NCBI RefSeq assembly: GCF_964204865.1
Contig: NC_135253.1
Coordinates: forward strand, 16,182,001-16,246,000
DNA length: 64,000 nt
Reading direction: 5' to 3'
From: Styela clava
Lineage: Eukaryota
Made by a program: the position numbers and the translations under genes
Notes under the pieces: generated by a model
What the model saw: only the letters and a program-made list of their open reading frames with translations
What the model was told of the DNA's origin: nothing
Databases searched by the model: none
In this document: positions 27,871 to 41,373 of the stretch, piece after piece
How the letters are laid out: the number at the start of each line of letters is the position of its first letter
Numbering within the stretch: position 1 is the first letter of the stretch

Positions 27871-28537
27871 AATACTGTAGTAATCAAATATAAAAATAGA
27901 GAGTTAAAGTTGCTTATGAAATATCATGTTTAGAGCAGCAAAGTACAACACACGATATGTAACATTTAATTGGTGATTATAGCGAAGGATTGCAAACAGA
28001 AAAAAAAAAAAAAGTAATCTCCAAATTCACAATGAGAAAACAATAGCAATTCACTGGGAATGCACAAGTCAAGCATATTGGAATTGCAAGTGTATATGAT
28101 TTCAAGGATATAGACCGGATTTTTCTAACGGCGATAACAAATTCGCAAGATCGCAAAAAAATTATGTATCAAAACTAAATATAATCGGGCAATATATTCT
28201 CACATCATTATGTTCGCAGATCGCCGTGGCATAAAGAAGTAATGCTTTCATCTTGTCGTAACCCGTCGACTCACCCACGAGTTACCATGAACAAAATTAA
28301 AATAAAATAGAAAGACATTTTAAATTCTCGTCGTTGTCATGGATTGAAAACTGTGCCGTTACAATTCTGTTGTGTTTGGTTTTATTACTTCTTCCCACAG
28401 AGTACGATTGCAATAAACGCACCTTGAGCCCGCAAAGGTTTTCACCGGTGATAAAATAGTCCGCGACCAAAAAAGGTTGGGAAACGCTGGTTTACAGTGT
28501 AATGGTCACACTAAATTGGGTTTTGACAAGGTAGACC

Positions 28538-29248
28538 AGGGTGGCCCAAACCCTGTCATGCGGATACATTCCGTGCGGCCCACAGACCAATTTTAGCGTA
28601 TATTTGTATCTAATATAGCAGAAAGTTTTTGAGTTTTTTTTAGCTATTCCAACTGGGGTTGGGATACCCAGACTCAAACCCCTTTTTGTAACGTTTTGTG
28701 CCTTTATTTTACTAAAAACACTCCTCTGCCGCGCAATACAAGTTTTTTTTTAGCTGGGTTTCGTGTATCAACTTAGACGAACTTGGTTGGTATTTGACGA
28801 TGGCACCAAGCTTGCCCGCGCTGCAAGTTTTTAAATTACTCAAATATAACAATTCGTAATAAAATGAATGTTAAAAGAAGGGTGACGCGGAAGGAAACGT
28901 ATTCCCTTACCCACCACAACGGTAAACCACAGTGTCTGTTTGTTTTCAAGTAATATCTGTCACGAAAGTATATAATTTGAAGCGACATTACAAACCCGAA
29001 CGCGAGATGCGGGAAATACAACGGAAATTAATTTTAAAATAACTGAAGATATATATATCTTCTTCAAAAGAACGCCACCCATGCAACATAATAATAGTCT
29101 GATTAGAACGGTAAACTCTCGTTGTTCATTGAATTCAAAGTAAGTAAACTCGCGATATTTCAATCACTTTTGGGTTTTCTCCGACTGTGGCCCGCGAGAC
29201 CTCAAAAGTTTTTGCGGTCTTTCAACTTAGCAACCTTGGACCACCCTA
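28538..29248. mobile_element. hAT MITE
   Basis: 8-bp TSD AGGTAGAC; termini CAGGGTGGCCCAA and TTGGACCACCCTA. Confidence 0.85.
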
Positions 29249-30222
29249 AGGTAGACTACTAGGTGCCGGTAAAATTCAAACTATAGTTGTGACTTGTATC
29301 TTTTGGTATTTTGATTAATGTCGAGAAACTAGACGCATGAACCTTCATCGCCACACTCCCTCAGGATTAGAGAGCTCAACCGATTTATCAGCAGTAATCG
29401 CCCGATATATATCGGTTCTATATAACAGTTAAAAAACCTAAAAATGTTCGTAAAATTCGTTTTATTTATTGTTGGTTGTGATTATTTTCAATAGATAATA
29501 CACCTATGTGGTTTTTTGTTTATATAATATAAATTACACATGAGGGGGCACCAAAGTCTTCAGTGCTTAGGGCACCAAAGGGTCATAATCCGGCACTGTT
29601 TGTGTTCATGACATTTTTGGTTAATTTTGAAGGTCCGCCGGTCCGCAAAATTTGTTTTGAAATTTTACCGGTCCGCGAACTGAAAAAGGTTGAGAACCAC
29701 TGATGTAATTGACGTAGAAGATGCTCCGCTTCTTCGCTTTGATTTAGGAGATTGACTTGCTTCCGTCAGAAATCTATCTTCGAGAGATTTCTGTTTCATT
29801 TGAATGGTGTTCAGTTTTTGCAGGATGCTGGTGTCTATGGAGACTGAACTAATTCCTTGTACTTCTGCCATTTTATTGGGTGTAGACTGACTTGCTATAA
29901 AACGTTAAATGGCGAAATCGACTATTTGCAACGATATGCTGATACAGTATTGAGATAACAAAGTCAGCTAGACTAGCGGCGCTTCAGCAACTCATTAATT
30001 GTACAAGCGAGAGAAGAGAAAATACGTCCGCCTCTCAGCACGTCAACTGTCAACAATCCCCTACATATCAAATGACGCCCTTTACTGACTGAGAGAGCGA
30101 TCTCAGAGAGTCTGGCCATCAGGAAGTTTAACGTCGAATGGGCATCTCATTCATTGGATTTGAACCGCCGTCCCTATTGACCAGGAGGTCATTTTGAACT
30201 AAATCTATTCTATACTATATAG

Positions 30223-31055
30223 CAGGGATGGCGAGCCACTGACCCGCGGGTCACAAAGTGACCCACCGCGTTTTATTCGTGACCCGCTAAGGCACGAATA
30301 AAATGCTAACATATCAGTGATAAAACCGGCCTCTAATTAATCTAACAATAACTAAACTATTATAATGTACCGTCAGTTGGGCAGTCAGGACTGCGATCGC
30401 TTATATTCAAATTGTTAATTTTTTCGGTATGTTAATTTTCAAAACCCATAATCTTGGACGCATGTCTGCACCGTTGCGTGCCGTTATTCAGCTATTGGCT
30501 CTGACATCGTTTATGACATAATAATGCAATTGATGTTCATTTCTCGCAACGTTTTGTCTCTTTCAGAAGTGCATCTGCCGACAGTTTTAGGGGATATACG
30601 AGAACTAGATGCTACTTTGCATTTTATTAGTTTCTCGCCTACAAGGATGTTGAGAATACAAAATCTTTCAGACTTGAAATAAAAATCTAAAATAACAATG
30701 GGGCAGTGTAAAATGGCTTTTAATATGGTTAAAGCTGATAGAAAAATATAACACTATCAGAGTGGAATTCCCTCCAAACTCTTTGGAACCTTGAAATAAT
30801 TTTCCGCATCATCCTAAACGTAATTCATATGCGTACTCTAATTTCATAAATTCGAGTGCCATAAAAAGTCCATGATACAAGTGCTGTATAAGTAAAGCCC
30901 TAAACTACACCAACATTAACAACCGCTGTATCATGATTTGTTTCAGAAGTTTTTATAGATACAAACATTGATTAAATATCTGTGACCACTCTCTTCTGTT
31001 CCGCGATAAAAATATAATTTTTGACCCATTCATTGAAAAAGGTTCGCCATCCCTG
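30223..31055. mobile_element. hAT MITE
   Basis: 8-bp TSD CTATATAG; termini CAGGGATGGCGAGCC and GGTTCGCCATCCCTG. Confidence 0.9.
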
Positions 31056-33243
31056 CTATATAGGAATGTATAGAACACACAACTATTGTTCAAATCGCCC
31101 TAGATTCTTGAATTTTTCGGGAACAATCATGCACAAGCAGAAGTTCAAGATTTTTTTGTTTAAGTAAGGGATGTGCAAACTGCGGCACGCAAAGAAAAAT
31201 TGTGCGGCCCGCGGTGAAGTGCCAATTTCGAAGAATGTTCCCGCGAAACAAGCTTTTAGTTTAATTAATCTGGAACGAGCGAGCAATTTCAATCTCCTTG
31301 CCGAATTCACTGACTTCGTTTAACGTCGATGTGACAATAAATTTCGATCACACTTTTTTTAGATCAACATTTCTGCCAGGAACCCGAACAATGCCGTAAT
31401 ATCAATAACAAAAAGAAACAATTTTTGTGCTTGCAATTACAGTAGAAACTCTACCCACGAAAGGCTCTGGATACGAAAAATCCAACTTACTAGAATTCTT
31501 TTCTTAAAAATATTGCTTTGACTAACGTAAAAACAAAAATCGCGTGTAATGACATTTGTTTATATATATTAGTTATTAATTTAATGCAGTGCTTGAGGCC
31601 CGGATGTCCAATTTGAATTTATTATTCAAATATCGCGAACTTCGATTATCGTCTTTTGTGTTTGTAAGAATACCGAACATGGCGCACAAATCCTAGCGCC
31701 GCCGTCAACGTTTGGATTTGAAACATTTTATATTTATTTCATTTTCTATTGTAATCGAAGGCAGTCGTATGCGGCGCGGCTACTGAATTTTTAGCTGCCA
31801 CAAACCAATGACGAGCTGTCGTTACCGCGGCAGCAAATTGAAAATCAATGGCAGGTAAAATTTTGCTGCCGTAACCACGGCAGGTGGGCCGTAAAGACAG
31901 GGCTGTCCCTTATGGTGACAAATATTGGGGAAGTTTTTCTTATAGATACAGTTTTGATGGATTTGGGGTTAGGGTTAGGGTTTAAGTAGATATAATTCCG
32001 CATGATAAATTTAAATCTGGTACATTAATTTGTGAATATACCGTTAATACTGATTACTGAATACTGAATAGCGCTATAAAACCATGGCAAGAGCTGCCGC
32101 GGTTCGTTCATGGCAGGAGCTGCCATGAAGTGGTAAAAACTGCGCCTCGAGTTTTGTGGGGGCTTGGAAGGAATTAATGCATGTTCGAGGAAAGAGCGTC
32201 CGTATTTAAGGTGTGAATTCGGGATTTTATTCCGATTTTTATTTTTTGCGCCGGCTCTGATCTTTCTCGTCACCGTTTGCAAATTAATAACAGTCACAAT
32301 TTTAAGTAAACAATGTTAATATTTCTGACAACGGAATGCGGATATTTATGAAGACGATAGTTAACCTTCTTATGATTTTACTCTTTTATGGACCATTCCC
32401 CGAGCATCGACTTCCTTGTTTACTTCGTGACATTGGCCAATCAGCAAGATGCAAAAAGTGACGTAACAATGCTCCCTTTTCGCATCCGCTCAGACACTTT
32501 TCTCACTCAGACAGGTTTTCAAGCGTGGTCATAAACATTACCTCGTTTTCGCGCTTTTGAACTCTATTCGTTAGTTTTCAGTTGTGTTTCGAAAACTTAA
32601 ATATAAATCAGATAATTCAATGATCACTCTGTCTTCCTAGGAGTTTTAATTTAATTGCAGTAATGAAAAATTAGTGTAGAAATAGCTGTGATAGACTAGG
32701 CTAAAATTCTTTACCGGTACTTTTAAAAAACAGTTTGTTGTATGCGATGAAACATTTTGATGGTTTGAAACACATACCTCATTTTACAGGCGCCAACTCG
32801 CAAAAGCACTCTTGAAATAGCCCTGAAATTTTTGCAATGGTAAAGTATAGGAAGAATTTTTCAGGGGTCAAAGGTCGGGGAAAGGTCCATTGTGCCTGTT
32901 TATTTCCGTATTAAATACTAAATAAAAACCCTGAGTCCGAATGATGATTTAATAACTCGGCAATAATGGCAATTCTACTGGTAAAATATTAATTCCTTGG
33001 AAAAATTCCGCACAATAATTTGTTACCTTGTTTGACATTTTTAACTTTTCGAAACGGCGTTGATGCCCTTTATGCAAAACTAAGAATTGAAACAATGCCC
33101 AAATACGACTCCTCAAATTTGTCGTTTCTGTTTCTCAGCAAGAGCCGTGAGGGTAAAAAAGGGTTATTAAAAGTATAATTTTCCTACAAAATGTAAAACC
33201 AATATTAGGACTGATCATTGCGTGTGCAAAAGGGGCAATATGG

Positions 33244-35506
33244 TATGGTGACCATATTTTCAAACCTTAAAAGGAGAACACGTTGTTTGGTAGAACCACA
33301 TTTCTGTGCCTGAGATATACATTATATATATATATATATATGCTGAATTCTCTAGGATTAAATATAAAAGCAACGACAATGTTGGAAAAAAACATTCAAT
33401 CAATTTATTTGTCATGAGTATTTGGCAGTTCCTTCGTGAATATTGTCGACTTCGTAGAACTGGCTGCAAAAAGTGCCAATCAAATTTAGTGAATACATTG
33501 GCAGCAGACTCAAATAGAAAACAAACTCAAATGGTTCTTTCGGCCGTTGTGGTTGCAGTCAAACAGTCAGGCAGCATAGTTTGTTTTATCACAAACAGAA
33601 AAATAGAAAATGCTTAAGCTTTCGTCCCAGCACAAGAATATTTTTTTGAATATTTAAATCTGGGGAAACCTTCTTTATTAGATTTGACCTATACAATTGT
33701 TAGAACTGTAACTCTGGTGATGTTTTACATAATGTAACGTCATTCTATCTCCGGCAACAGCAACATTTTCTCCAATATGAGTTGCAGGCGCAAAAAAAAA
33801 TCCACCTCTTTCGCCGATGATGATTCTTCTCTAACAACTGTTTTATGCTTGAACTCTCATGTGCAACTGTTGCTAAGCTTGCCGTTATTCGCCACAGAAA
33901 CGAAAGTGTCATAGCTGTAAGTCAAGGCTGCCCTACCCGCGGCCCGCCGAAGTGTTTTTTGCGGCCCGCCCCATAAAGTTTGTAAACAGACTTTTGAAAT
34001 TTTTACATACATTTTACTATACATAAGTATCTTTCGTGATTTTGGTGTAAATATTCCTGCCATCTATCTACGTTCAAATGCCGGTTTTTATTATTAGGTA
34101 TGTGTCAAGTCTTGCACCCTGGTGGACATCAACGTCATTTTTTTTCTCGCAAAACTCTGCACTCTGTTCGACGAACTATAAAGATATTGTGCGATCATTG
34201 GGAACAAACGCTGAGCGCAAATTTAGGAATGGACTTGGAGCCTAAGTTTGCAAATTAATTTCATTCTGATTGCTTTCTTTCGGGTCGGCTTTGATCGTCT
34301 TTATCGCCAACGTAAAATAAAAAGTCAACAATATCTTGGGTACTGGTCCCCGGACTCGTTGTCTTTTTATGTTTGTACTTTTGTTCATGTTATGTTCGCG
34401 TTAAATAAAATTTTGGAAATGTTGTCACTGCGTATTCGTCAATAATTCTGATGAAATTGACGTAATGGCATTGCTACTTATTAGTCACAAATCAGTATAT
34501 CGACTATTCGTTCAGAAATCTTCATTATGTTACTTCATTAAATACTTGTATTGGTGTTTCAAATTTTACGAAACGGCCCACTAAAACTTGATGTTGCCGC
34601 GACATTGACGCACATTATGCTCATTTAAACATTTAAAGCAGTATCGTAGCTACTGAAAATGAATGAATAAAAACACTATAACGCAAATATAACACTCAAT
34701 TTGACGTGATGTGTGTTTTTTTTGCGTGGTCGCCAAAAAACAACAAGTGTGTTGTGTGATGTTGATTCTTTGATTCGGTCGCCCGAGAGTGTTGTGTCCA
34801 CGCCCCGTTTACCAGATATTCGAATAGTAAACCGCTATTCGAATAATTTGCCAGCCCACCCAGTAACCAGTAAGCAATTATTAATTTGATTGATTTCATG
34901 TTAATAAACTCGCCTTTTATGTATTATGTAATTACCTACACCAAAATCAGGACTTTTCTTGTTAATTGTTGGTTACAAAGGTTTGCGGCCCGCGACCGAT
35001 TTTGTCACGTGAAAGTGGCCCGCGAGACGAAAAAGGTTGGGCAGGCCTGCCGTAAGTAATGCACTCCGCTTCGCTATCAGTTTACCTTTTCTAAAGCATG
35101 GATACTTTTTCCTTAGTTCCTGAGTAATAAAGGTATTTCTTTCCGGCATAATTTATTGGATCTGCTGACGTAATTTTCTGCCAAAATCAAAACTTGTGAA
35201 ATACAACGTGAAATGACATAAAAAATAATAGCAGAACAAAACGATTTTTACGTTATAAACGAGTATGCATTCAATGAGAGTGTGTATGCTATCACAACGC
35301 AATGCATTGCTTGTCATATGTATAATGATATTACAAGTATCTACTTACTTCAAAATTTTCTTACCATATCAAAAGGCAATTTTAAATTTTTTATCCCGTG
35401 AAGAAGTAGGACATTTTGACATTTTAGAGCGTCCTCGGAGGACGCAAATTTTTTTCAACGAAAAAGGAGGACAAATCCTCCAAAATGAGGACGTATGGTC
35501 ACCCTA
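33244..35506. mobile_element. hAT-like non-autonomous element inside the LINE
   Basis: 8-bp TSD CAATATGG; termini TATGGTGACCATA and TATGGTCACCCTA. Confidence 0.85.
33923..35049. mobile_element. hAT MITE nested inside the previous element
   Basis: TSD CTGTAAGT / CCGTAAGT; termini CAAGGCTGCCCTACC and GGTTGGGCAGGCCTG; GCGGCCCGC subterminal repeats. Confidence 0.85.
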
Positions 35507-36208
35507 CAATATGGGATTTTCGAAATTATATTATATTTGAAGAAAGGCATACTTACCAATCAACCATGCGAACAATTTTCAAATGCAAGCTGAAAGCTGC
35601 CATCAAATATATGGGGGAAGGAACAAAATCGAAAATAATAAGCGACTAAACCATTGATGTATTATTTGATAAATCTGTTATGCTCTAAATATGTATATAG
35701 TGTTATTTCATTTAAATTCCAAAGGTACCCATTGTATTTATTGTATATCATCAACATGGATAGAAAGTAGAAAAACCCTATAATCATGGTATGGAAGTTT
35801 TTCTTATTCCTATCTAATTTATTGAAAACTTTTATTTTTCCATGCAAATTAATTACTGATGGTAAAATAATTATAAATTAATAAAATGACACGCATCAAC
35901 TATACTGAACTTCAAATGGACATGGATGTAATATGTATATATATTTGATTGATCAATTGGTATTGTATGATTTTATAATTCGTATATATAATGACTTTTT
36001 CAAATGGTGGTAATTAAAACCATGATGATCAAAATTCTAAATAATGATTAATAATCTTGATCTAATTCGGTAACTAATAAAAAAAAAAAAAAAAAAAGAG
36101 AGCCGTGAGGTGATTTTCGCGGAATTCAAGGGATCGGTTTAGTGACGCGCAAGCTCCGCGTCCAAGCAAAGCGGCCTAGGTACCCGATATATGAGTAGTA
36201 AAATGGCA

Positions 36209-36379
36209 TTCTAATACGCAAGAGAATGACATCGAAAGGTTATTGTTACGTAACGATACACGGCGCGGTGTTTTTTGTTAGCGATCCAAGTTCATTTCTA
36301 ATACGCAAGAGAATGACATCGAAAGGTTATTGGTACGTAACGATACACGGCGCGGTGTTTTTTGTTAGCGATCCAAGTT
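36209..36379. repeat. Two-copy 87-bp tandem repeat
   Basis: TTCTAATACGCAAGAGAATGAC...GCGATCCAAGTT starts at 36209 and 36296; one substitution seen. Confidence 0.95.
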
Positions 36380-36384
36380 GATCA

Positions 36385-39300
36385 TTTGTACAAAGCACGT
36401 GCTGAATAACATCCCCGGTCACCGATATGGATTGAAGTCACGTTTCTTCATTCCATTATTTCTTTGAAAGATTACACAAATTCACTATGAAAGTCGGCAT
36501 CCCGCTATTTTGAGCGATAGGTTGCCCAACAATTTTCAAATTCAATAATTGTCATAAAAGGACTGTTATACGCTGATTTAAGACCTTCTCTTCAAACTTT
36601 CTACACAATCATTCTCATTATTTCAAATCACGGCGCATTAAAATGCAAGATCAAATTTATTTACATTAATTTCGAAGTAAGGAAGGATTTACCAGGCAGA
36701 ATTCACCTACGACTGTCGCTCACAGACGGAAACGATAAATATGAGAAATCTTCCAGTTGTGGTGTTTTTTCTTTCTGCGCCTATCACCCCTGTTCAATCC
36801 AAGCGCTTTGAAGCCGTTTTTTACGTTTAGAAACGTCAAACCCGATAAAGTAAGACAGGTAAATAATGTATTCTATGGAAATTTCCAGAGATTTTAGGCG
36901 GAAATACTATTTTGACCATGTAGAAATGCTATTATTGCCGATTTATTTAATCAGTATATTTAATTCAAAGCAACACTGAGTATTCACGCAATGATGATTT
37001 TGCAAAAGGTTTCATTTATTACTTAATACGAAAACGATAGAAATTAAAATCATAAAAAGTCAGCTATAATTAGCTTTATAAATAGCTTCATCACGGGGTC
37101 AGTAATGATAATATTGTTGACTAAAAACTAGGGCCGTAATTTACAAACTGTTATTGAACCAGATGATGATATCAAAATAAAATTAAAATGTTTATGAATT
37201 CACTACTTAATAGTGTTATTAACATCTTCGCCGATGTAGGCCTACACTATTAGTTCTGCTTGAAATTTGAAAAAAAACTTCGATGTCCGCGCTGCGTGGG
37301 TATTTTACTTGTGAAAAAAAATGCTTTAAAATATAGTGCAACAATAATTAGGATGTCCGCCGCTGAAACGGTCGCCGTGACAAAAAATAATCCGCGAGGA
37401 AGTAAAAACTCCGCCTTGTTACCGAGTTTTCAGTCTTAGGCAAGTTTCTATTAAATGAAAATAAATGAAAAATATTCTATTAGAAAAAATCCGATTTTGC
37501 CAGTCTCTGATCACGCGTAGGTAAATGTAAATACTCATAGAATGACAACAAAAAGATTAGCATTAAATTACCACGAGTAATAGTTTCACACATTTCATGC
37601 ACATTTAATCCATGTTTTTTGCATATGAACGATTGTAACACCATTGATACCCGCGAGTTTTACTTTTCTCTTGAAATTAATTTTCACTATTTTTATTTCT
37701 CACATTTGTTTCTCTCCGGAACTAGCTATCTCGTTCATGAAAAAAAAACGAACAAAACTTTCGTGCAATAAACCAACCGTGTCAGTTGCAAAAGGTACTC
37801 CTTCCCGTAAACAGCAATGCCTCGCACATTTTTGTTACTCCTTCCATCCAACAGACAGCGATTAATACACACAGCAATGATATTAGTAACTACCGGCCAT
37901 AGCCAGAGAGGGTGGTCTTTTGTACAAAGCACGTGCTAAATAATATCCCCGGTGACCGATATCGCTTTAGTATAACACACTTCCTCGTCCGAAAGAATAT
38001 GCTTGTAATTAGTTTCTCCTCTCCCCTTAAGAGATGGATTGACGTCATGTTTATCCATCCTATTTTTTCTTTGAAAGATCACACAAGTTCACTATGAAAA
38101 TCGCCATCCCGCTATTTTGAGCGATAGGTTGACCTACTTTCCGTCTGAAGATATTTTTGGCTCCGAAATATTACACAAGATTACTTTGACAGTCCTCCCC
38201 CGTTTTGGACATAGGTTGGTTGACCTACTATCCCTCCCTCCGTGAACGCCATTTGGAAACTTTTTTGATGCGAAATTTCCACCTTTTACTTAATAGCATA
38301 TCACAATCTCGCGATAGAAGATAATTTTCTGCAGATCAGCATAATCGCAATGAACAGGCCAGTCTATAAATCGTCTTTAGGATATGTTATCTTTTTTTCG
38401 TCGGCGGTGATACTGATGTTCATCTCTGTTATAATTGTAATATTGATAAAGAATTGCCAACCGTGGCAGTATCGAATGAATGTATCTAAAAAATATATCA
38501 TAGAAAAATATTTATTCTTCGACATTTGAAAACCAGCAACAGCGACTGTCAAATCCGCAGAAAATAAGAATGTGTTATTGTTGATTGCAATTCAATAATA
38601 GTCACAAAAGGACTGTTATATGCTAATTTAAGACCTTCTCCTCAAACTCCCTACACAACCATTTTCATTAATTCAAATCACGGCGCATTAAAACGCAGGA
38701 TCAAATTTATTAACATTAATTTGGAAGTAAGAGTTACGAGGAAGAATTCACCTACGAGTGCTACGACTGTCGCTAACAGACGGAAACGATAAAAATGAGA
38801 AACCGTTCAATTGTGGTGTTTTTTTCTTTCTGTGCCTATCATATTTGTTCAGTTCAAGCGCTTCAAAGCCGTTTTTACGTTTAGAAACGTCAAACCAGAT
38901 ATATAAGGCAAGACAGGTAAATAATGTATTGTATGGAAATTTTAGGCGGGAATATTATTTTAACCATGTAGAATTGCTATCATTGCCGATTTATTTAATC
39001 AGTATATTTAATTCAAAGCAACACTGAATATTCACGCAATGACGATTTTGCAAAAGTGTTTTATTTATTATTTAATACGAAAATAACACAGAAACGATAG
39101 AAATTGAAAATTGAAATCACGGGATCAGTCATGATAATATTGTTCGCCAAAAACTCGGACCGTAAGTCACAAACTGGTATCGAACAAGATGATGAGATCG
39201 AAATAAAATTAAAATGTTTATGAATTCACTACCTAATATAGTGTCTTTACATTTTCGCCCATGTGAACTTATAGTTCGGCTTGAAATATAAAAATAACTT

Positions 39301-39761
39301 TAATATCCGCCGCTGCGTGAGAATTATTACTTGTGGAAAAAGTGCTTTAAAATATAGTGCAACAATAATTAGGATGTCGGCCGCTAAAACGGTCGCGGTG
39401 ACAAAAAATAATCCGCGATTGTGACAAAATTAGGAAGTAAAAACTCCACCTTGTTACCGAGTTTTCAGTCTTTAGTAAGTTTCTATTAACTAAAAATCAA
39501 TATTCAAATTATTCTATTAGAAAAAATCTGATTTTGCCAGTCTGTAATCACGTGTAGGTAAATACTCATAGAATGACAAAAAAAAGATTAACATTGAATT
39601 ACCACGAGTAATAGTTTCACACATTTCATGCACATTTAATCGATGTTTTTGTGCATATAAACGATTGTAAAACCATTGATACTCGCGAGTTTTACTTTTC
39701 TCTTGAAATTAATTTTCACTATTTTTATCGTTTTATTTCTAACATTTGTTTCTCTCCGGAA
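36385..39761. repeat. Tandem segmental duplication (36385-37721 and 37919-39761)
   Basis: Colinear from TTTGTACAAAGCACGTGCT to TTCTCTCCGGAA, with scattered substitutions and two segments present only in copy 2. Confidence 0.92.
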
Positions 39762-40388
39762 ATACCTCATCTATGAAGAATAAAAACGCTACGTAGTTAC
39801 AACTGATTGCGAATTAAATAAGGGTCGAAGATTAGCAAGTATATTCTTGAAATATACCAAACGACTACAGAGGGAGGCGAGCTACACGAAACTCTGAAAT
39901 GTATTTAACAGACGTCTTACGGAGTTGTAAATTGTACGATTAAAGCACTTACCGGTATTTAATTTCACCGTAATCCTGGCTGAGCGCCTCAAGTTCCTTA
40001 GGCTTTCCTTTGGTAAGTTGGTTACTCGATTACACTATAATATTATTATTATACGCCTATCCGGGCATCCCGGACACTTTCTAATTTGAAATAAATGAAA
40101 ACCCAACAAAAACATATCATAATTATTACACAGTTGTAAAATATAAACATTCCTTAAAAAAGTTATTATTTAAAGAAGACAAGATGATCGTACAATTCCG
40201 CCCGGTGTTGGCCAGTGAGATGATAAATAAATGCTTCCCCTGTATTCGATCAATCAACTTTCTGAATGACTCTAATAAATTCACTAAGGAAGGAACAAAT
40301 CCCGTCATACTTGCACTAGAAAATCGTGTAATTTGGTCACAATTCATCGATGTCATTGACAGTCACATAACCACTCTCGTTTGAAGAA

Positions 40389-41373
40389 ACGCACTGCTTT
40401 GTATTCGGACTTCTGGTTTCAAAGACGCCGACAGCTGTTTTTGCGGGAGAAGCGGAATCGGTGTGCTTGTATAATAATCATATTATAAACAAGAATTTTG
40501 CAGTTAATGCGAAAGCTTTATCTCAAATGTATGCACCACATAGGTTAGAATTCCAGCAAATATCATTATGTAATGCAAAATTGGGTTACAAAAGTACTAG
40601 TAGGCAACTTATTTGTCAACTTTATGCTCGCACGAAAATAATTGTCAACTTTGAATTTTTGCTCTCAAAATCGGAAAAAAGTGCTATTTCGCAGTCCCTA
40701 AAAAAAGTTGCGAAAGTGCTTCTCACTTTTCGCAGAAAAAAGTGCGCTAATAGTGAACACTGGTGTCTGCCCCTGTGTACAACATGAAAAAATTTATAAA
40801 CAGCGTCAGCATGCGGCTTTATAGTAGTGTATACATAAAAGTACAGAGGTACCGTAGGGTCACTTTTAATTTCGAATAGAGTACCGGTATATGAGTACCT
40901 CAATAAATGTTATTGTAAGTTATAAGTTTTGCATCTTGTGATGTAGATTTCTGGTTGGGGATTGAATAATGTCAGAATGTTTGAATATAAAGGACTTTTT
41001 GGCAAAGACATTCAGATTTCAGAAGTGAGAAGCACTTTCGCAACTTTTTTTAGGGACTGCGAAATAGCACTTTTTTCCGATTTTGAGAGCAAAAATTCAA
41101 AGTTGACAATTATTTTCGTGCGAGCATAAAGTTGACAAATTAAGTTGCCTACTAGTACTTTTGTAACCCAATTTTGCATTACATAATGATATTTGCTGGA
41201 ATTCTAACCTATGTCGGGCTATGTGGTGCATACATTTGAGATAAAGCTTTCGCATTAACTGCAAAATTCTTGTTTATAATATGATTATTATACAAGCACA
41301 CCGATTCCGCTTCTCCCGCAAAAACAGCTGCCGGCGTCTTTGAAACCAGAAGTCCGAATACAAAGCAGTGCGT
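40389..41373. repeat. Long inverted repeat: arms 40389-40728 and 41023-41373
   Basis: Arms are reverse complements except for one substitution, one 1-bp indel and one 10-bp insertion seen by eye. Confidence 0.95.

Larger units (their letters stand above)
33153..36097 (+). mobile_element. 5'-truncated L1/Tx1-like LINE interrupted by nested MITEs
   Basis: 12-bp TSD AGAGCCGTGAGG (33141-33152, 36099-36110); AATAAA and a 19-A tail (36079-36097). Removing the inner MITE restores ILGLIIACAKGAIWDFRNYIIFEE, typical of the L1/Tx1 ORF2 C-terminus. Confidence 0.8.

Noticed and set aside
36209-36379. CRISPR-like repeat
   Set aside because: Two adjacent copies with no spacer, in a eukaryotic context.
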